A DNA stretch of 64,000 nucleotides from a virus. Its lineage: Duplodnaviria; Caudoviricetes. The stretch spans positions 1 to 64,000 of the IMG/VR virus record IMGVR_UViG_3300049142_000128. One strand, 5' to 3'. A model generated the notes under the pieces. The model was not told the origin of the DNA, searched no databases, and saw only the letters and a list, made by a program, of their open reading frames with translations. Below are positions 25,929-34,462 of the stretch, piece after piece; the first letter of the stretch is position 1, and each line of letters starts with the position of its first letter. The translations under genes were made by a program, and so were the position numbers.

Positions 25929-26468
25929 TCAGGAGAGAGCGGCCGGTAGGAGCAGCGCAGCCGCGAGCACGAGCCCGCGGAAGATCCACTGCTCCGCCGG
26001 CCCGGCCGTCCGAAACCGCAACCAGTACGGCCACACGACCCGTACTCGGAACGGCCAGAACAGGAAGTCGAGGGACGTCTTTGTCGGGACGTCCCCCAGT
26101 ACGCCAGCGAGGTAGCCGAGCGTCCCGAATGCCGCCGTACACACGGCAGCGAGCGGGACGAGCCAGTACGCGGACAGAACGCCGAGCAGTACGCCCCACA
26201 GCAGGGACGCCGCGATCGTGTGGGTGAGCCCGCGGTGCGCCATCCCCACCACGCGTACCGACAGCAGCCGTACCGCCCAACACACCCCCCAGGAGAACGG
26301 CGGCAGGCACTTCGCCGCCGTCGCGTTCGGGTGGTCGACGTCGGGCACGTAGGCCGACGCCGCTCCGACGACCGCGAGCACGGGAACCGCGGTCACCGGG
26401 AGATCGAGCACCGCGGCGGCGCCGAGCGCAGCGACCGCGCCCGTCGCGAAGTGGGTGCGGCCCATCAT
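25929..26468 (-). CDS. Membrane metal-dependent hydrolase (YdjM-like)
   Basis: MMGRTH, PDVDHP, HRGLTHT, LGDVPT motifs; hydrophobic segments. Confidence 0.8.
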   Translation of the reverse strand: MMGRTHFATGAVAALGAAAVLDLPVTAVPVLAVVGAASAYVPDVDHPNATAAKCLPPFSWGVCWAVRLLSVRVVGMAHRGLTHTIAASLLWGVLLGVLSAYWLVPLAAVCTAAFGTLGYLAGVLGDVPTKTSLDFLFWPFRVRVVWPYWLRFRTAGPAEQWIFRGLVLAAALLLPAALS

Positions 26469-26481
26469 CGGGCCTCACCCC

Positions 26482-26627
26482 GCAGGATCGGCAGGGTTCG
26501 CAGGGTTGACGAGGGGGTCACACACCCTGCAGCCGGCGGAACCGCTGGTAAGACCCCCCTTCTGGAATCCTGCCAGGGTCCACGGCAGGGTCCGAACAGG
26601 GTTCGAGCAGGGTCGCGGTGCAGGGTC
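26482..26627 (-). repeat. clt-like locus: 8-bp TraB-recognition-like direct repeats (consensus RACCCTGC on the minus strand)
   Basis: Plus-strand copies (G/C/A)CAGGGT(C/T) at 26573, 26585, 26596, 26607, 26620 (11-13 bp period) and at 26482 (GCAGGATC), 26491, 26500; one inverted copy at 26523. Confidence 0.8.
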
Positions 26628-27804
26628 ATCCGACGCCCACAGCCTCTCGCTCGGGCTCCTTCTCAGCCTCGTCGTCGAGGAGCGCGAGGAGCCGCTCGGC
26701 GACCGTCTGGCGGCAGCCGTAGCGCTTCCGCACCTGATACGCCGTCGGGGGCTCGTCGAGCTCGGCGGCCCACTTCCGGAAGTCGTTCTCGCGGTCTGTG
26801 TCGACCGGGACGAGGCGCCGCGGCGGCGTACCGCCGGGCCGGTCCGCGTTCGGCCGCTGCTCGGTACCCGACTCGGTACGGGCGTCGGTACGGAACGTCG
26901 GGGCGTGCTGCTCGACCGGTGCCTCGTCGGTACGGGGCATCGGTACGGGCGGCGTACCAGCGTGCCCGTTCAGCCAGAACAGCGTCAGCCCGCACGCGTC
27001 CAGCAGGGTGAGGAACCGGCCGAGCGTTCCGTCCCGCCGGGACGCCTGACGGGCAGTACGGCGTGCGAGCCGCTCGGCCTCCGATCCGGACCACGCCGTG
27101 CGCGGGTCGGTGATGCCGTGCGCGATCGAGTAGCGGCGGGCGAGCCAGGTGCGAACCGGGAACGCACGCCAGCGCGCGGACGAGAACAGCGCGCCGGTGT
27201 CATCGACGCGACCGTCCTGCTTGCGCTGCAGGTGGACCGCGCGGCGGGTGTGCATCCCCCACAGCCACGGCTGCAGCGCGGAGAACAGGGCGAACACGAC
27301 GGCGCTGTCGGTCGGTGCCCAGCCGTCGGCGAAATGGGCGTAGTTGATCCCGGCCACCGCCAGCGCGAGCCCGTACGCCGCGACCCGTCGCCGGGATGCG
27401 GTGGCCGTGTCGCCCGCGAGCAGCGCGCCGTGGGCGTACCAGGCGACGGTGTTCGCGATCGACTCGACGGTCGCGGCGAAGCCGACCGCCACGACCGCGC
27501 GCACGACCCACGGCCACGTCGGCTCGGTGAGGTGGGCGAAGGCGTAGCCGACCTGCCCGAACATCGCGAACACGGTCACCGCGGCGAGCGGCGCGACCGG
27601 GCGCAGAGCGGCCACGCGGGCCGAGCAGGCCCTCCACCGCGCCGATCGGGCCGTACGCCGCAGGGCCCGCTGTGCCGCCTTCTCCGCCCGGCGCCGTGCC
27701 CGCGCGGCCGCCTTCTCGGCGCGGCGCTGGCGACGCAGCTCGGCGAGGGTGCGCAGCCAGTCCAGCCGGCCGCCGCCGCGCTCGCGCTCGTCGACGTCGG
27801 TCAC
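26626..27804 (-). CDS. SpdB2-like (DUF2637-type) spread membrane protein
   Basis: N-terminal Arg/Ala coiled coil, about four TM helices, C-terminal HTH-like PTAYQVRKRYGCRQTVAERLL. Confidence 0.7.
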   Translation of the reverse strand: MTDVDERERGGGRLDWLRTLAELRRQRRAEKAAARARRRAEKAAQRALRRTARSARWRACSARVAALRPVAPLAAVTVFAMFGQVGYAFAHLTEPTWPWVVRAVVAVGFAATVESIANTVAWYAHGALLAGDTATASRRRVAAYGLALAVAGINYAHFADGWAPTDSAVVFALFSALQPWLWGMHTRRAVHLQRKQDGRVDDTGALFSSARWRAFPVRTWLARRYSIAHGITDPRTAWSGSEAERLARRTARQASRRDGTLGRFLTLLDACGLTLFWLNGHAGTPPVPMPRTDEAPVEQHAPTFRTDARTESGTEQRPNADRPGGTPPRRLVPVDTDRENDFRKWAAELDEPPTAYQVRKRYGCRQTVAERLLALLDDEAEKEPEREAVGVG

Positions 27805-30035
27805 TCCGCGTCCCTCCGGGCGAGCCGGGCCGCGATCTGCTTGAGCTTCGGCACGTCATAGCCCTGGAGGCGGCCTCGCTGCTCGGTGCGGATCTCCTCG
27901 TCGATCGAGGCCATCTCTCGGCCGAGCTTCCGGGCCGCCTCCTTGAGGTCCGCCTCGGGGGCGTCGGCGACGACGCGGTCGAGGAGGATCGCGAGCTGCC
28001 GCGTCGAGATGAAGTCGCGGGGCGCCTGCTCGTCCCGCAGCAGCGTGATCACGGACTGGAGGGGCTCCGGCAGCGTGATGGCGGGCTTCTTCGCGATCTC
28101 ACGCAGCTCGGCGGCCGCGGCCTCGGCGTCCGGGAACGCCACGGCGCCGGGCTGCTCGTCGGAGATCTTCGGCTGCGCCGGCTGCTCCGGCGTCTGCTGC
28201 TCGGCCGCGGGCGCGGCGCCGGTCTCCTGCTCGATCATCTGCCAGAGCTCCTGATCCATCTCGTCGCCGAGCTGGCCCACCGGCCACTCCAATCCGTCTC
28301 GTGCCGCCGCGGCGGCGAGTTCAGGCAGCCGGGAGGCGTCCCACCGGCCGGTCCACACCTCGCCGAGCTGGTCGGCGATGTCGGCCTCGAGTTCGGGCCG
28401 CCACTGCCCGTTCCGCTCCGCGATCGGGGCGACGAGGTCCTTCGCGAGGTTGTAGGCCTTCGCCGGCATGACCCGCGGCTCGTCGATCGACGGCTGCACG
28501 AGCATCGAGTTGTGCTTGAGTTGCGCCGTGTCGGCGTACTTGACCTTGAGCCCGGGCAGCACCGACTGCCCGTCCTGCGGGGCGAGGGTCTTGAGGCAGA
28601 TCCGGTACGGGGTGTTGCGGGCGATCTCGGCCCCGTAGTCGCCGAGCGCGTTGTAGAGGTCGGTCTGGTTGATCGCCCAGACCGACACCTGCGCGGACCG
28701 GTTCTCCCCGAGGATCATGTGCAGCAGCTGGGAGAAGCCGACGACCTGGCCGGTATGCAGCTCGACGGTCGCGCCGGCGCTGGCCAGCTTCCCGGCCTCC
28801 TCGACGAAGCACACGATCGCTGGCTCCTTCGGCGTCGGCGTGTGGACGTCTTCGTTCGAGAGCCTCGCGTTGCGCTCGCAGACGATCTGGTAGACCGCGG
28901 CGAGCATGAGCAGCGCCTGCCCCGGGTGCTGGCCAGCGACGAAGTCGAGCGCCGGCTTCGGGCACTTGCCCTCGAGCCACGGCTTGATCCATGGGTAGAC
29001 CAGCGGTACGAGCTTGTTCGAGGCGACCACTCCGACGAGGACGTCGCCGCACTCGCCGACCCGGCCGATGATCGAGTTGGTGAGCCGAGACTTCCCGGAG
29101 CCGGTCGCGCCGACGATCTTTCCGTTCGCGCCGCCCTGCTCCCCGCCGAACGTGACGGTGACATGCTGCCCGTCCTCGAACAGGGCGTAGTCGAGCGGGT
29201 CGCCGATCGTGCCGGGCGCCTGTTCGAACGGCTCGTAGTCGATGGACTCGCGGAGGATGTGCTTCGTGCACACGTGGATGAGGTGCACGTGCGCGGCCTC
29301 GGTGGGCTCGACACGGATCGTGCCGGCGCTGACCGTGACGCCCTCGCGGGCGAGGAGCGACGACGCCTTCGTCGTGAGGTCCGGGAGGGCACCCTCGAGG
29401 ATGGCGAACGTGACGGGCTTCGTCTCCTCGATCGGCTCGACGCCGAGCACGTACCCGGCCCGGGTCGGCTGGGTCTCGACGATGCGCAGGGGCAGGTTGG
29501 CGGCTTCGAGGATCTCCGTCCACGTCGCGGTCGCCCGCTCGATGAGTGCCTGCTCGCGCTCCTCGAGCACGCGGGCGGCCGCCTTCGGGGCGGAGGTGCG
29601 CAGCACCCAGTACCAGCCGCCGAACCAGATGAACCCGATGACCAGCATGCCGAGGGCGTGCAGGGGGGACGTCCAGCACGCGTAGACGAGCCAGGCGGAG
29701 GCGGCGCAGCTCGCGATGATGGCGAGGACGCTCATGGACGCGCGCAGCTCGTGCCCGTAGTCGTTCTCCGGGAAGGCGCGGCGGGCCCGGCCGACGCCGA
29801 TCGCGGCGGCGATCGGGGCGAGGAGGGCGAGCGCGATCGGGGGGATCCCGAAGGCCGGGTAGTCGGCCACGAGCGCGAGGCAGTAGCACCACAGCGCGGT
29901 CTCGAGGGGATGCGCCCAGCGCACGTCCGGCTCCCAGGTCGACAGGCGCCGCACCTTCGGCGCTTCCTCCAGCTGCCCCCGCGCGGCCTTGCGCTCCGCC
30001 GGGGAGGACGTCGTAGACGTGGTTGTGCTGCTCAC
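27801..30035 (-). CDS. traB: TraB-type FtsK/SpoIIIE conjugative DNA translocase
   Basis: N-terminal TM helices, Walker A GATGSGKS, Walker B VCFVEEAG, INQTD, C-terminal winged-helix-like domain; GTG start at 30035. Confidence 0.8.
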   Translation of the reverse strand: MSSTTTSTTSSPAERKAARGQLEEAPKVRRLSTWEPDVRWAHPLETALWCYCLALVADYPAFGIPPIALALLAPIAAAIGVGRARRAFPENDYGHELRASMSVLAIIASCAASAWLVYACWTSPLHALGMLVIGFIWFGGWYWVLRTSAPKAAARVLEEREQALIERATATWTEILEAANLPLRIVETQPTRAGYVLGVEPIEETKPVTFAILEGALPDLTTKASSLLAREGVTVSAGTIRVEPTEAAHVHLIHVCTKHILRESIDYEPFEQAPGTIGDPLDYALFEDGQHVTVTFGGEQGGANGKIVGATGSGKSRLTNSIIGRVGECGDVLVGVVASNKLVPLVYPWIKPWLEGKCPKPALDFVAGQHPGQALLMLAAVYQIVCERNARLSNEDVHTPTPKEPAIVCFVEEAGKLASAGATVELHTGQVVGFSQLLHMILGENRSAQVSVWAINQTDLYNALGDYGAEIARNTPYRICLKTLAPQDGQSVLPGLKVKYADTAQLKHNSMLVQPSIDEPRVMPAKAYNLAKDLVAPIAERNGQWRPELEADIADQLGEVWTGRWDASRLPELAAAAARDGLEWPVGQLGDEMDQELWQMIEQETGAAPAAEQQTPEQPAQPKISDEQPGAVAFPDAEAAAAELREIAKKPAITLPEPLQSVITLLRDEQAPRDFISTRQLAILLDRVVADAPEADLKEAARKLGREMASIDEEIRTEQRGRLQGYDVPKLKQIAARLARRDAE

Positions 30036-31801
30036 GGTCGCTCCCGGTTCGCGCTGAGGTCCCACTTCTCCTGGTGAGCCTTCGGGTTCCGGAGCTTCTC
30101 GAGGTCCTCGATGTGGGCGCGCTCGAATGTGGCGCGGGCGTCCTCGCACGGGCCCTTGTAGGCCTGGAACTGCGCTCCGAGCCGAGCGGCGAACTCCCCG
30201 GCCGCGGGGTAGAGGAAGAACTCCTCGGTGTTCCGGGCGCCCTGCGTGGTCAGCATGGCCGAGATCGCGTCGACCAGTCCCGGCATGCCCTCGTACCAGT
30301 CGATGACGCGCAGCGCGTTGTCCGGGGAGTAGGCCTGCGCGGCCTGCGCGCACGCCTCGATGACCGCGGCGAACGGGTTGTGTCCGGACACCGGGGCGGA
30401 GCCGAGCTGGGTGCCGCGGCTGGCGCGAAGGCCGGTCGCGTTGATCTTCGGGCGGCGGCGCATGGGCATCGTGTCTCCGAGGGGTCGTCTCGTTCCGGTG
30501 GTCGCCGGCTTCAGCGCGTTGTCGATCGCCTTCCGCGCGATCGCGGACGTGCCGCGCTGGCCGGTGTGCTGCTGCTTCGTCCTCGGCTTGCGGTGGCGAT
30601 GCGGGCGGGCGGTGTGCCGCCCGGCGAGGTAGCCGAGGATGCGGCGGATCCCGGCGAGGCGCCCGCCGCTCGACCGCTGCCCGGCCGGCAGGCTTCCGCG
30701 CCCTCGGCGCTGACCGCCGCTGCCGGGAAGGGTGCCGCGGCCCGACCGCTGCCCGCCGCTGCCAGGCAGAGTTCCGCGTCCAGTGCGGCCGACGAGCGAC
30801 CTCGGGCGGGTCCCGTTGGCTCGCCATGCCTTCGCGAGGCGCCGGGCACGGGCGAGGTTCCCCAGCCGTCCCGCCGCGCCAGCCAGACCCCCGGAGCCGC
30901 GCCACCCGCGACCCGACCTCGGACGGCTCGACGTCGGGGCGCCGCCGCGCGAGCGCCGTCCCGTGGGGCCCGGGGACGAGGAGCGGCGACGACCTGCGAC
31001 GGGGCGCCCCGAGCCGGTGCGTCCGGGGCGGCCGCCGGTGAGCAGCCGCCGCAGCGCCGCGCCAGGCCCGGAGCGCGACCCGCCGTTGCGGCTTCCGGCC
31101 CCGCCCCCGCGGCCTCCGCCGCTCGTGCGCCCGGCCTTCCCGACAGGGCGCCCCTTGCCCGCGGTGCTGCCGCCGCCGCGGCCCAAGCCGCGCAGCCCGC
31201 CCAGCAGGCCGCGGCCCTTCCCCAGGCCACCGCCTCGCGACAGGCCGCCGCGCCCGTTCGACCCGGCCCCGGCCGAGCGCCCTGCGCCGGCGGAGCGGCC
31301 CGCACCGGTGGATCGCCCCGCCCCGGTACCGGTACGCGGCGAGGCGCCCTTCCTCGAGGCGCCGCCGCGGAGCCCGAGTCCGCCCAACGCGCGGCCGAGC
31401 CCGAGCCCACCACCTCGGCGCCCTGAGCCGGGCGCGCCGCCGCGCGAGTTCGCGGTTCCGCGACGAGCGGCCGCACCCTGGCCGAGCCCGAGGCTCGGAA
31501 TCCGGGCCGAGAGCCCACCGCGCCCGGCCTGTCGGGCGGCGCGGTGAGCACGACGCAGCTCCCGCTCTGCGACGCGGAGCCGGTTCTTCGCCTCCTTCGC
31601 GGCCAGCTCGTGCGGAGAGCGGTTGCGGTCGCGCATCGCGGCGACGCCTGCGCCAGCCGCGGCCACACCCGCGGCAGCGAGGAGACCGACCGGGCCGAAC
31701 ACGGCACCGGTCGACGCAACGGCAGACGCGGCGGCCGGAGTGGCGAGCTCCCAGGCCTGCCGCGTCATCAGCGGGGGCGGCTTCTCGACGTCGCTCATCA
31801 C
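30032..31801 (-). CDS. TraA-like transfer protein with long Gly/Arg-rich linker
   Basis: N-terminal TM segment, G/R low-complexity middle, C-terminal FERAHIEDLEKLRNPKAHQEKWD; coupled to traB. Confidence 0.55.
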   Translation of the reverse strand: MMSDVEKPPPLMTRQAWELATPAAASAVASTGAVFGPVGLLAAAGVAAAGAGVAAMRDRNRSPHELAAKEAKNRLRVAERELRRAHRAARQAGRGGLSARIPSLGLGQGAAARRGTANSRGGAPGSGRRGGGLGLGRALGGLGLRGGASRKGASPRTGTGAGRSTGAGRSAGAGRSAGAGSNGRGGLSRGGGLGKGRGLLGGLRGLGRGGGSTAGKGRPVGKAGRTSGGGRGGGAGSRNGGSRSGPGAALRRLLTGGRPGRTGSGRPVAGRRRSSSPGPTGRRSRGGAPTSSRPRSGRGWRGSGGLAGAAGRLGNLARARRLAKAWRANGTRPRSLVGRTGRGTLPGSGGQRSGRGTLPGSGGQRRGRGSLPAGQRSSGGRLAGIRRILGYLAGRHTARPHRHRKPRTKQQHTGQRGTSAIARKAIDNALKPATTGTRRPLGDTMPMRRRPKINATGLRASRGTQLGSAPVSGHNPFAAVIEACAQAAQAYSPDNALRVIDWYEGMPGLVDAISAMLTTQGARNTEEFFLYPAAGEFAARLGAQFQAYKGPCEDARATFERAHIEDLEKLRNPKAHQEKWDLSANRERP

Positions 31802-32013
31802 GCCGCCACCGAGTTGAGGGCGGACACGACGCCGTCCCAGGCGCCTGAGATCAGGCCCTGGGCGCCGCTGTAGATCGCATCACCGGCGTCGGTGTCAGCG
31901 GCGCCGACACCGATGCAGAAGATCGAGAGGATGGTGACCCACGCCCAGCCGCGCCAGAGGCCGACCGCTGCGATGATCGCGAAGACGATGATCCACGGGA
32001 GGCCGGCCATCAC
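31798..32013 (-). CDS. Small hydrophobic transfer/spread-like membrane protein
   Basis: 71 aa with two hydrophobic helices; coupled to the traA-like gene. Confidence 0.6.
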   Translation of the reverse strand: MMAGLPWIIVFAIIAAVGLWRGWAWVTILSIFCIGVGAADTDAGDAIYSGAQGLISGAWDGVVSALNSVAA

Positions 32014-32044
32014 ACGGCCCTACGCGGGAGGAGCAGAAAGCCGG

Positions 32045-32281
32045 CTACTGCCGCTCGAGGTAGAGCTTCGCCCACCGCCGGGCGTTGGACTGTGCGATGC
32101 CGGTCTGCGCTTCGATATCTCGCCAGGACAGCCCGCGGGCCCGCATGGCGACCATGAGCGCGCCCCGAGTGGACATGAGTGCCGAGTTGTCCGCGACGCC
32201 CCGTGCACGCTCGATCAACTCGGGCAACGGCACCTCCGCCATCGGATCGGGCGGCGCACCTTCCTCGGGGTCGGTCGGCAT
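32045..32281 (-). CDS. Small HTH regulator heading the transfer operon
   Basis: MRARGLSWRDIEAQTGIAQSNARRWA. Confidence 0.65.
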   Translation of the reverse strand: MPTDPEEGAPPDPMAEVPLPELIERARGVADNSALMSTRGALMVAMRARGLSWRDIEAQTGIAQSNARRWAKLYLERQ

Positions 32282-32327
32282 GATCGAGGACCCTAGCTGG
32301 CGCCCGGGTGGTCTCCATGACGCACGA

Positions 32328-32347
32328 GTGTGCCATTTTTGGCACAC
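32328..32347. promoter_or_regulatory. Perfect palindrome, candidate transfer-operon operator
   Basis: GTGTGCCA-TTTT-TGGCACAC, 47 bp upstream of the HTH start codon. Confidence 0.6.
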
Positions 32348-32618
32348 CAGCGGCAAACGACCCCCGCGACCACCGCTCAGCGGCTCAGGGTGACGTGGGT
32401 CCGCACTCGGCCAGCCGCACGGCCTCGAGGCGGCCAGCGCGATGAACCCCGGACGAAGGAGCCCGGCGGTGCACTGGTTGTGAGCCTTGGAGCACCGCCG
32501 GGCCTGGGCGGACAAGCCGCCCACCTGTCGACCGCTCAACGCCATGCCCTCGTTAACAGGAGTCGGCGTGATCCACTCCATAGGGGACACCCGTAACGTC
32601 GCTGAGGCGCTGCAGAGC

Positions 32619-32651
32619 CGCCCCGCCAGGCTGCATCGGCCAGGCGGGGCG
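32619..32651 (-). terminator. Hairpin after the holin gene
   Basis: CGCCCCGCC...GGCGGGGCG 9-bp stem. Confidence 0.45.
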
Positions 32652-32667
32652 CCCACGCGATCGATGT

Positions 32668-32898
32668 CTACCGGGCGCCGGGCAGGAAGCTCGTCGTCCC
32701 CTTGTCCCCGGCCGGGGCGGACACGATCGACGTCAGCAGCGAGAGCGCCGCGGCGCCGGCAGCGAGGCCGAACGTCGGGCCGAGGTCGACCTCGATGATG
32801 TTGAAGCCCTCGTCGGCACCCCAGAGCAGCAGGAGCGCCTGGGCAGCGGACTTGACGGCCCGGTCGACAGCACCGGTCCAGAAGGCGGCGGTGAGCAT
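32668..32898 (-). CDS. Holin (r1t-like)
   Basis: FWTGAVDRAVKSAAQA...AALSLLTSIVS; two TM helices; follows the lysin. Confidence 0.85.
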   Translation of the reverse strand: MLTAAFWTGAVDRAVKSAAQALLLLWGADEGFNIIEVDLGPTFGLAAGAAALSLLTSIVSAPAGDKGTTSFLPGAR

Positions 32899-32983
32899 GG
32901 CGGGGTTCCCTTCGTTGTGGCCCGGGTCGTCGACCCGGTCGTGCGCGCCCATCAGGCCGGTCCTTCGGGCGGGATCTGGGAGG

Positions 32984-33805
32984 TCATCGCGGTTGCCCCT
33001 CGAGCGCGATGACCGCGCCGTCGGGGGCGTCGTAGACGACGTTGACCTGCGTGGTTCCGTCCGGTGCCTCGCGCCAGTCGCGGGACGACCAGCCCTCGCG
33101 GAAGATCACCGAGAGCCGGTGGTCGGCGATGCCGCCGCCGTCGGACTGGAAGAAGACGTGCGCCTTCGCTCCGGCCGGGCCTTCGGCGACGAGGGACACC
33201 CAGGCGCGGGCAAGGACCGCGCTGGCGCGGCCGACGGGGAGGATGCGGCGGAACGAGCCCGAGCCGCGGACGGGGATGTTGTCGAGCATGTCGAGGTCCT
33301 TCGGGTGAGCGGCGGGAGCGACAGGAGCAGCGGGAGCTGAGGGCGTCCGCGCGTAGGCCGGGCGGGCGAAGCCGACGATGTTGGCGAGGCGTCGCTTCCG
33401 GGCGACCATGCCGCCGTTGCGCTGGTCCCCGGATGCGGTTCCGGCGGTGTTGCCCTCGATCGTGACCAGCGTTCCGCCGGGCTCGACGCCCTCGACCAGG
33501 CCGACGTGGTTGACCGGGTTCTTGTTGCCGGGGAACTTGAAGAACACCAGGTCACCGGGCTGCGGGTTGCGGGTGTGCCACTGCCCCCGGCTCTGGTACC
33601 AGTCCCTCATCAGCACGGTGCTCGCCGTCTTCGGGACGAGTGGGGCGCAGCCGGCCTCGGTGAGCACCCACCACACGAACTGGGCGCACCAGGCGACGCC
33701 GTCCCAGCCGTAGGCGCGGCCGTACTTCTGCCGGTTGCTGCCGTGCGGCTGCTCGACGGTGCCGAGCTCGCCGCGGGCGACCTCGAGGACGCGGGCGACG
33801 GTCAC
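32984..33805 (-). CDS. Endolysin with CHAP domain
   Basis: AWCAQFVWW (catalytic Cys), HVGLVE, TIEGNT. Confidence 0.9.
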   Translation of the reverse strand: MTVARVLEVARGELGTVEQPHGSNRQKYGRAYGWDGVAWCAQFVWWVLTEAGCAPLVPKTASTVLMRDWYQSRGQWHTRNPQPGDLVFFKFPGNKNPVNHVGLVEGVEPGGTLVTIEGNTAGTASGDQRNGGMVARKRRLANIVGFARPAYARTPSAPAAPVAPAAHPKDLDMLDNIPVRGSGSFRRILPVGRASAVLARAWVSLVAEGPAGAKAHVFFQSDGGGIADHRLSVIFREGWSSRDWREAPDGTTQVNVVYDAPDGAVIALEGQPR

Positions 33806-34197
33806 ACCGTCTCCCCGAACGGCCGCCAGCCCGGGTCCTGCGGAGGCTGGTGCAGCACCTCGTCGACCGGCCCGATCTTCGGGGTGTTGACGATGTCGAG
33901 TTCGCGGTCGTACGCGGTGAGGTCGTCCTGCCCGAGCTCGGTGGGCGGGACGCGGGGGCCGGTGGTGTCGCCGCCGCGAGCTACGGCGGGCTGGATCCTC
34001 GTCGCGGCGACGTCACGGTCCGGGTGTGGTGCGGCGCCGAGCAGCTGCCGCAGCGGGTCGGCCGGCAACGGGTCTGGGACGTCGACGCCGGTCTCGACGG
34101 CCAGCTCGGTGTAGATCGGCACGTCGGAGCGGCGCACCCGCTCCCGAGCCTCGTCTTCGGGCTCGTGGGGGGCGGTGTCACCGAGGGGATCGGACAT
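33802..34197 (-). CDS. Hypothetical protein
   Basis: 131 aa acidic ORF coupled to the lysin. Confidence 0.5.
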   Translation of the reverse strand: MSDPLGDTAPHEPEDEARERVRRSDVPIYTELAVETGVDVPDPLPADPLRQLLGAAPHPDRDVAATRIQPAVARGGDTTGPRVPPTELGQDDLTAYDRELDIVNTPKIGPVDEVLHQPPQDPGWRPFGETV

Positions 34198-34462
34198 GTC
34201 GGCGCACCTCCCTCGCGTTGCTCCGCCGCTGGAACGGGATGACCAGCGGCCGGTAGCGGCGCGGCGGAGCAGGCAGAGGCCGGATCTGGCGCTGCTGCGC
34301 GTCGAAGCAGGCGGCCCAGTCGTCGGGCAGCCGCGGCGCGGCCCATGGCTGGATGAGCCGGAGGACGCGAAGCCCCTCCTCGACGCTGGCGCGCGGTCGA
34401 TCGGCGGGGGCCGGTGGACGGCGCAGGCCAGGCGTGGTCCGGCCGGGGAACACGCGGGTCAT
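34178..34462 (-). CDS. Possible small hypothetical protein
   Basis: ATG overlaps the sortase stop; weak composition. Confidence 0.3.
   Translation of the reverse strand: MTRVFPGRTTPGLRRPPAPADRPRASVEEGLRVLRLIQPWAAPRLPDDWAACFDAQQRQIRPLPAPPRRYRPLVIPFQRRSNAREVRRHVRSPR

Noticed and set aside
26482-26627. CRISPR-like array
   Set aside because: Repeats are 8 bp with 1-5 bp gaps, there are no spacer-sized unique segments, and no cas genes are present.
27801-30905. 1034-aa version of the translocase
   Set aside because: The upstream part overlaps the TraA-like gene; a coupled GTG start at 30035 fits better.
14266-32660. Independent AICE or integrated plasmid next to a prophage
   Set aside because: No integrase, excisionase or Rep gene was recognised in this interval, and the att arms match on both sides; it cannot be fully excluded without flanking sequence.
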